A stretch of DNA of 64,000 nucleotides, taken from the IMG/VR virus record IMGVR_UViG_3300044984_001006; one strand, given 5' to 3'. Both the position numbers and the translations under genes were made by a program. Source of the DNA: an uncultured virus (IMG/VR IMGVR_UViG_3300044984_001006). Taxonomy: Duplodnaviria > Heunggongvirae > Uroviricota > Caudoviricetes > Crassvirales. This document shows, in pieces, positions 39,231-47,900 of the stretch. The notes under the pieces are model-generated. The model had not been told where the DNA came from. It searched no databases and saw only the letters and a program-made list of their open reading frames with translations. How positions within the stretch are numbered: position 1 is the stretch's first letter; the number at the start of each line of letters is the position of its first letter.

Positions 39231-39704
39231 ATGAATGACAAATTAGGAACAAAAACTGAAAATAGAATAATTAGCCAAGACTATATTGATAAGGTTGAAT
39301 ATTTAGAACAAACTTTGTTAGCAATGGATGATCCCAATGTAGCTAAAGGTAATACAGATTTGTTTCCATTAAAGCATTCATTTTCACACGGTATATACAT
39401 ACGGGAGATGTTTATGGAGAAAGATAGCGTTGTTATCGGTAAACTTCATAAGTTCTCCCATACGTGGTTTTTATTGAAAGGTCAATTACTAGTATCAACA
39501 GATGAAGGATCAAATCAATACATAGCTCCTTGTTATGTTAATGCTCCTGCTGGTACAAAAAGAGTTATATATGCGGAGGAGGATTCTATATTTATTAATG
39601 TACATCCAAATCCAGATAATATAACAGATACAGATGAGCTTGAGAATATTTTAGCATGTACATCGTATAAAGAATATAATGAATATAAACTATTAAAAGA
39701 ATAA
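39231..39704 (+). CDS. Cupin-like protein
   Basis: H.F..G.Y.REM......GK.H...H...G...P......G.KR pattern. Confidence 0.65.
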   Translation: MNDKLGTKTENRIISQDYIDKVEYLEQTLLAMDDPNVAKGNTDLFPLKHSFSHGIYIREMFMEKDSVVIGKLHKFSHTWFLLKGQLLVSTDEGSNQYIAPCYVNAPAGTKRVIYAEEDSIFINVHPNPDNITDTDELENILACTSYKEYNEYKLLKE

Positions 39705-39707
39705 TAT

Positions 39708-40511
39708 ATGAGTATGGTAGTAGTTGGAGTAATAGGTGCCGCAGGTACAATAGCTTCAGGATTAATAGGTGCTGGCGCTGCTAAGAAAAGAGAAAGAGCA
39801 GCTGCACAAGATAAAGCTAGATTAGGCGCTGAGCTTAACCAATTAGAAAATAGTAGACAAGCAATTATAAATCCTTACTCTACAACAAAAGACATGAGTA
39901 GCTTGGCTAAAGATTTATCTGGTACATTAAGTAATCCTTATGCTAATTTAGGTGTTGCTACAAATGCAGCTAAATTTGAGGCAGAGCAGATTGATGTTTC
40001 ATTAGCAAATACATTGGACACGTTAAAAGATACTGGAGCAGGAGCAGGCGGTGCAACAGCATTAGCTCAAGCGGCATTAAAAGCTAAACAAGGTATTTCT
40101 TCTAATATTGAATCTCAAGAAGCTAACAATGAAAAAATGAAAGCACAAGGGGAAGCTCAATTACAAGAGGCTAAAATGCAAGAGAAACAAAGAATACAAG
40201 GTGTTCAAATTGATGAAGCTCGTCGCGTGCAATCAGCAGAGGCGGCTGGTAAGTCATTTATGTTTGGTGCACAAGAAAATAGAGAACAACAAAAAATAGA
40301 CAGAGTTGCGGGACAATTAGGAGGTGCTCAAGCACAACAAATGCAGGCACAAGCGGATAGAACAGGAGCAATTACCGGTATGATTGGTGGTTTATCATCA
40401 ATAGCAGGAAGTATGGCTGGAAGTGCTGGATCTGGAGCAACAAGTACTCCTGGGTCAGGAGCAGGTTATGCATCTCAGTTTGGAGCAATGGCAAATCAAT
40501 TTAAAAAATAA
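39708..40511 (+). CDS. Putative ejection (pilot) protein
   Basis: Gly/Ala-rich hydrophobic ends with a Gln-rich coiled coil; first of three internal-protein genes. Confidence 0.6.
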   Translation: MSMVVVGVIGAAGTIASGLIGAGAAKKRERAAAQDKARLGAELNQLENSRQAIINPYSTTKDMSSLAKDLSGTLSNPYANLGVATNAAKFEAEQIDVSLANTLDTLKDTGAGAGGATALAQAALKAKQGISSNIESQEANNEKMKAQGEAQLQEAKMQEKQRIQGVQIDEARRVQSAEAAGKSFMFGAQENREQQKIDRVAGQLGGAQAQQMQAQADRTGAITGMIGGLSSIAGSMAGSAGSGATSTPGSGAGYASQFGAMANQFKK

Positions 40512-40519
40512 AGATATAT

Positions 40520-41926
40520 ATGGGAGCATATTCAAATCCACAAATACCTATTGACACACAATCAGGACAATACTATAGGGATCTTACAAATACAATAGCA
40601 AGCAATACTGTTAATACTATTAACACATGGGCTGCAAAAGCCGCTGAGAATAAAAAAAATAATGAAGCTTTAAAAGTAAAAGTTGGAGAAGAAGAAAGTG
40701 CGTTATATAGAAATCTAAGCAGTACACAGCAACAAAATCCTACAGTTAATTTTGAAGAATTATATAGACCTCAAATAAAAAGATACGCTGAATTAAGAAC
40801 AAGCATATTAAACGGAACAAGTACTGATCCTTCTAGAGATAGAATGGAAGCAGATAAAATATTTGCAAGCGTTGGTAATATTAAAAACTCATTAGTAGAT
40901 TTATCAAGTGAAGGTTTTGATGAAAAATATTCTAAAATGGGGGGGGCCGGCGGTTACGCTGTAAAAGAAAATGATCCAAATGTAATGAAGTCGATGCTAA
41001 TATTCTCAGGAAAATTACCTGGTAAAAAAGTAGCAAGATTTGAAGATAACGATCCTTCTAAAGTCGTTTGGGATATATACGACGGTGAAACTAAAATACA
41101 ATCTTTATCAGCTGAACAATTAAAGAAAGCGGCTAGTGGCCAAGGTTTATTAAAAGTAATACCAAATGCTGCAGATTCTATAGACAACGCAAAAGCAGCT
41201 GTACCAGATGTATTTGATGTGAAAGACGGATTACCAACTGGAACAATTAAACAAGAATATTTAGGGGAAGTATACGAGAAAGAATTGCCGGGACAAGAAA
41301 CATCGATAGTTAGTGGTTATCAAAAAAATACCAAAAAATATGTAGCTACAGCAAAAATTAATAAAGAAGCTATTATGGCAAACCAAAACTTTTTAAATGT
41401 TTTAAATGCTAAAGCTGACGGTTTCATTAATGGCTCTGCGGATAATTCTCAAGCAATATTATTCCACAATACATATATTGCTAAGTCAGATCAAGATTTG
41501 CTTGAATGGGACAAACCTATGACTATAGAACAACAAAATAAATTCAAATACGATTATAGAATGTTTGTTATAGATGGATTACCGGAAGAACAAACTGTTC
41601 CAGGATCTGGAATTATTGAAAAAGAAGAAATTACAAAACAAGTTATATCTAAACCAACAGGTGGTAAAGGAGGAAGTAATAAACCAAATAAACCATCTGC
41701 GGCCGCTGAAAAACAAGCAAAATTAGATGCCGAAGTTGCTGATTTAATAAAAACTAAAAAAGGGGGCGTTACTAGACAAGGGTATACATTAAGTATTATA
41801 GATGGTAGATGGGGCCTTTATGATAAAGATGGGTTACCAAAACCTGGAACAGAAAATATTACGAACCCTACAGAATTAGCTACATTTATTGGTGGATCAC
41901 GACCAGGTAAAACAAAATTAAAATAA
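40520..41926 (+). CDS. Putative ejection/internal virion protein
   Basis: Position between the pilot-like and giant genes. Confidence 0.55.
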   Translation: MGAYSNPQIPIDTQSGQYYRDLTNTIASNTVNTINTWAAKAAENKKNNEALKVKVGEEESALYRNLSSTQQQNPTVNFEELYRPQIKRYAELRTSILNGTSTDPSRDRMEADKIFASVGNIKNSLVDLSSEGFDEKYSKMGGAGGYAVKENDPNVMKSMLIFSGKLPGKKVARFEDNDPSKVVWDIYDGETKIQSLSAEQLKKAASGQGLLKVIPNAADSIDNAKAAVPDVFDVKDGLPTGTIKQEYLGEVYEKELPGQETSIVSGYQKNTKKYVATAKINKEAIMANQNFLNVLNAKADGFINGSADNSQAILFHNTYIAKSDQDLLEWDKPMTIEQQNKFKYDYRMFVIDGLPEEQTVPGSGIIEKEEITKQVISKPTGGKGGSNKPNKPSAAAEKQAKLDAEVADLIKTKKGGVTRQGYTLSIIDGRWGLYDKDGLPKPGTENITNPTELATFIGGSRPGKTKLK

Positions 41927-41944
41927 AAAATAACAATAATATAT

Positions 41945-44900
41945 ATGGCAAAGTATTTTAATAATAACGGAGAAGAATATACTATAGAAGAAATCGTAGC
42001 AGCTGCTGAAGAAAACAATAAAAGTGTTGAAGACATTATAGCAGATAATGGTTTAACTATGGACGGTGAGAAGCCGGGAAAGTCTCAGGGTGTAACTGCA
42101 AAGAAACCGGTAGTTGCGCCAAAAAAACAAAAGTTGGTTTCACCTTCGGGAAATACTTCTTCGGGTTGGAATACTAAACCTACACCAAAATATGGTGTTG
42201 AAGCCATTACAGAAACTTTTCAAATAAAAAAGAAAGCTCAAGAGAAAAAAGCAACAACTAAAAAAGCAGAAGAACCAGATTTTAATGCTGCTAGATTAAG
42301 AGTCGCTGCACAGGCCGGGCAAGCAGATCCTAATGCTGTACCTGGAAGTTTTGGTTACGAAACATTTAAAGCTGCTAAGAAGAAAGAAGCAAAAATAGAG
42401 GCTGCAAAAGAAGATGAAAAAGTTGATTTTGAGAGTAGGATGTCAGGCATTGTATTAAGAAACAATAACGAGGCTAAAAAATGGTATGAAGATAACTTAA
42501 ATAATTCTCAATTAACAGAAGACGATAATGCTGAAATTGATAGTTATATTGAATCAGAATTAGCCAAAAATAATACAATTCAAAAGGTTGCTGCTAATAA
42601 TAAAAGCGGTAATCTTAGCTTAGTTGCTAAAGGAGGAGCCCCCTCTACTGGGTATGAAAATGTTATATCTCAAAAATATCAAGCATTCCCGGATGAGGTT
42701 GAAAAAATAAAAGCTGAATTAAAAAGAAAAAACTTATTAGGTAAAGTTTCTGAAGATGAAATAATTAAGGAAGCAAGTAATCTATGGAAAGCAAAAGAAG
42801 TTAAAAAAAGAAAAGAATCAAAATTTAGAGATTCTTTAGAGGAAACAACAAATATAAGTGATGTAGCAAAAAGCGTAGTAAATGACTATGTAATAAAAAA
42901 GAGTACCAAAGAAGCCAACGATTTTGTAAAAGAAACAGTATTCAAAGAAAGCTTAGATAGAACAAGTGAAAACTATATATCTAAAATTAAAGAAATTGAC
43001 AAAAAATTAAAACCAAAAGGTTATAAGTTTACAAGCCAACAAGAATTAGATGAGCAAAATGCTCTTATAGTAAACAGAAATAATCTTATAAAAGATATAA
43101 ACAGCAATGAAGATTTAATAGACTCATCTGTTAAAAAAATAAACAAATTATCTGATAGTGTAGATGATTTAGCTTTGCAGGGAGATATGTTTAGTCGTGA
43201 TTATTCTATGCTGGGTGTTGGTAAAAAATTATATTTAAACTTTGCTAATCAAATTGGAGGTGGTGTAGCGGGCCTTGGATTATACCTAAATCAAGGTACT
43301 GAAATGGCTTATGATGTGCTTGGACTAGAGGAGCTGATTGGTATGGAAAATCCAATTACATATCTTAAAAACGTGGTATCTGATAAAAAGGCTGCTATAG
43401 ACGATAGACTTACTTATGAATTTGCTAAACCACGTACAGGAAGTACAGAGGCTTATTTAGAAGAAGCTGGAGATTTATTCATAACTCAAGCTCCTAACCT
43501 GTTATTAATGGCATTGACAGGAGGAACTAGTACTGCGGAAAAAGTAATTGCAGAACAATTAGCAAAAGAAGCGGCTCCTAGTTTATTAACTAAAGCAGGT
43601 ACATTCGCAAAAGACTATTTAACGCTTAATGCACAGACTGGGGCTATGGCTGGCGTTTCAACTGGTGGTAAATATCTTGAAATGATTAACGAAGAAAGAA
43701 ATGGATATTATACGGAAGATGGTAAATTTATAAAACCTGATTATAATGCATTCCAATTAATAGTAGCCCCGGCCGCATTTGGATATGTTGAAGGGGTTTT
43801 TGAAAAGTCTACGGCTAGAATATTAGAAAGAGGTAAAGGTTTCTTTAAAACAGCAGCTAAACAAGCACCAGAAGCGTGGATGGATTTTAATGTAACTACT
43901 ACAAAAAAATTATTAAAGCAAGCAGGTATTGATATTGCAAAAGGGCAGGGTGAAGAACAACTTTCTGAGCAGCTTACTAATTTTGGTCAAAATGCTATAA
44001 ATAAAGTTGTATTAGGGAAAGAAGTAAGTTTGTTTGAAAATACAGGAACAGTATTTAAAGATACAGCTATTCTTACTACAATGCTATCCGGAATTCCTAT
44101 TTTAGCTGGAGCAGCAATACGCCCGTTTATGAGTAGAACTACTTCTAAACAATTAAGTGATAACGCTCGACAATTAGCTTCTATTATGTATAGGCTTGAT
44201 AATGGAACTGATTTATCTTCAATTAGTAAAGAAGCTTTACAAAAAGAAAAACAAAAAATTGAAGCACAAAGTACAGCTTTATTGCAAAAAACAATATCTG
44301 ATATTGATGCAATGCCAGTTAGCACTTTTGACTATATAAATAAGTCTGTTGCTAAAATAGCAGATCTAATAAATAAAGCTAATCAAATAAACGAAGGTGA
44401 TGGTGATGCTAAATCAAAATCAGAGGATTTAGGAATACTGGAAGGACAATATAAATATGAAACACTAAAACTAAATACTTTAGTAAGTGGAGTGGAAAAT
44501 GTAAAAACCTTTGGTAAACCAATATCTTCAATTGGTAGAGCACAATTAATAGAATTAAATACAGAAAGATTTCTTGCTAACATGGATGAAACCACCACTG
44601 ATGACGAAAAGAATAATATTCGTGAAAGGGTTGAAAACAAGGTTAAGGCAGTATATAAAAATGAAGGTATTGATCTAAAAGAAGCTAGAGAAACAGAATT
44701 TAATGAAAATTTAGCTGCAGCTCAAAAATTAGCAGAAGCTGAGGATGTTACAGTGATATTAGCCGAAGACTACGATGACGCTTCAAGGCAAATGCAGGCG
44801 TTAATAGCTGACAAAAAAATTACGGAAGAAGACGCAAACATATTAGGATTTAAAGGAACAGATGGTAAAATAGTTACAAGTTCATTAAATGGTAAGGATT

Positions 44901-47900
44901 ACATAGTAATAAATAAACAACAGTCTATTAATCAAAAGGCAGTAACAGTAGGTTCGCATGAATTTTTACATAAATTATTACAAAAAACATTAAGTAAAGC
45001 TGGTGCACAAATAGCTTTGGGTCAACAGTTAAAAGAATACTTATTAGCTTCTAATCCTGAACTATTCATGAATGAAAAAGTATTAGGTAGATTACGTGCA
45101 AATTATAGAAACGCTTCTGAAGGTATTCAAAATGAGGAAATATTAACCTTGTTTTCTGATGCTTTGCTAAATGGAAATATAAAATATAACGAATCGTTTT
45201 TTACAAAGTTAGGTGACACTATAAGAAGATACTTACAAGATCTTGGTTTAATAAGCATAAAATTTGATTCTGGTAGAGACGTATTTAATTTTATAAGAGA
45301 TTATAATGACACTATCAAAAAAGGAGGAGAAGCAGGTAAAGCAATTAAAAATCTATTTAAAGAAGGAGCAAAAGGTAAATTAACCGAAGAAGGAGGAGCA
45401 CAAGCTGATACATCTAGCCTAAGTTCAAAGTCTATTGAAGAAAGAATGGATAAATTAGATGATCAACTAGCTAGTAACGAAATTGATCTTGATAAGTATG
45501 AATCTGAGATGAAAAAACTTGAACAAGAAGAGTTTGAAGAATCTAAAAAAACATACGAAGAAGAGAAGAAAGTTGTTAAAAAAGAAACTACTAAAAAAGA
45601 TACAACAAAAAAAGAACCAACTGAAGTAAGTGAAGCCGCAACAAAAGCTAAAGCTAAATTAGATGCAATTGGTAATGATCCAAAAGGTTTTAATCCAAAT
45701 AATCCAGCCATTTACGATGAGCTAGATAAGATGGTAAAAGTAAAATCTAGAAACTATAAAACTTCTAACGGTACTGTAATTGATCTTACAAATAAAAACA
45801 AAGGGGGATTAGATGGATTCAACATGGAAGAAATGACAAGCTATGTAACAATGTCAATGCTCCCTTATATAAACAAATTTGATCCTTCTAGAAATGACAG
45901 TTTGTATGGATATATAAACGCTCAGTTAGCAAATAGAATGAAAGCGGCATTAAAATCTGGCCAAGTAGCTAACGTAGTATTTACAGAAGATGTTACTGAA
46001 ATGACTAAACTTTCAAATGAGGATGTTGAAGTTAAAACACCAACATTACCAGAAAGAAAAAAGTATCAAAATATTTTAGAGTCTGGTGTATTTTCGCCGG
46101 AAGTAATTACGGATGTTCAAGCAAAAATATTACCTATAATAAGAACGTTGAAATCTAGGGTTGATGAGAAGACTACACTTAATAGAACAACCGCTCCTAT
46201 AATTAACGAAATACGTACTGAGATTGGTAAACAAGCCGACATTGACATTAAAAGAGCAATGGGAGGAAAAGAGGATGGTCAACTTAGAAAATTCTTATTA
46301 ATAAATAAAAAGCCTATACTTGAAAACATGACTACTACCTGGTTAATGGGTAAAGACAACGGAAAGACCGTATCTGGGGGTATGCCATTTGCTATTCAAA
46401 AAAGGATAAATGGTCAATGGACCAGCTTTCCTGATTGGATTGGTAAAAAAGTAGATAGAGAGTCTGTTGAAACAGATTTAGCAGGTAGAACTTCTGGAGC
46501 TGAACTAGTTAGAAGATTACCAAATGCAGCTAATAATGTTCCTGATGATGTTTTCTTAGAATCAATCATAGATCCAGCAACCGGATTGCCTTTAAGAGGT
46601 AGAAAAGAAGCATTAGCCAAAGCAATGAGTGAGGAATTAGCATTTGATTTAATATCTGACGATATGTTATCAGGCGGACCAATTTATCAAGCATTACAAA
46701 AAAATCAAGAAATACTTGGAGCAGAGGTTGGAAAAGTAACCGTAGAAAATATAAACAGATTAGCTGAAAGAGGTAATATTAAATACTCCTTATCTGCAGA
46801 TATGATGTTAGATATTGAAAATAATTCAACAGCTTTAGGAAAAGCAATTGTAGGTTTAACTAAAATCACAAATAGTAGTGTTAAAAAAATACTAACAAAT
46901 ATATTTGTAAATGATTGGGATGAAAATCAAATAAAAAAAGCTACTGAAAGTTTACTTTATGTGTTAAAAAGAAATGAAAAATATTTTGGATCTGATGAAC
47001 TTATAAATTATGAAGGGAATACAATAGAATATCTTTCTAATATCAGCAAAGAACAAGATTTTGGTAAATCTATTTGGAAACAATTATCATCTGATGTAGC
47101 AGTTGCTGCATTTTATAGAAAACCAGAAAAAGTTAAAAAGCTAAAAGAATTAAACCAAGATTTTATGATTGATACTCTTAAAGATTTTGGCGATGCAGAA
47201 GGTACAAGAATTCTATATTCCATGTGGGCTCCCACTGTTATAAATGGTAATTTTGATATATCTTTATTCCGCATGAAGGATATGGACAAAAGGAGAACCG
47301 CTTTTATTGATGAGTTAAACAAAGCTAGAAAAATAGCTTTTGGAACAAAAACAAATAATATTTCTGAAAAAGTATTAAAAGAAAAGTATAGAGGTTATGC
47401 AAAAGTGAACAAAGTACATTTTAATTATTTTGATGGTACATTTGATATAAAAAAAGACAGATTAAGAACTAAAGCTGCTAAAGATTTAACAATATATGCG
47501 GCTAAGTGGTGGGGTAAAAATTTAAAGGAATTAGAGCCATCATATCAAGCAGCTATGTTTACATTATTAGCAAATAATGCTGATAGCGTTGTAAGGTCTG
47601 CTGCTCCTGTTGTTGGTATTATAGATGAAGGAATAAAAGTTCCTTATGTATACGAGCATTCCAAACCAGTAAGAGTAGTTTTAGCACAGCTAATTGATAA
47701 GTATATTAATAAAAACGACAATATTACAGAGGATGAAATATTTGAAAACTATAAAGTATTAATAGTACCAAAAAAAGTATCTGATATACTAGATAAATCT
47801 GGTGTAAAACAAATGATGGATCCATTTTATTTTATAAAAGATAAAACAGATTTTTCAAGATATGATAGTTTATTTAAAAATAATATTGTTCAATCTATTA

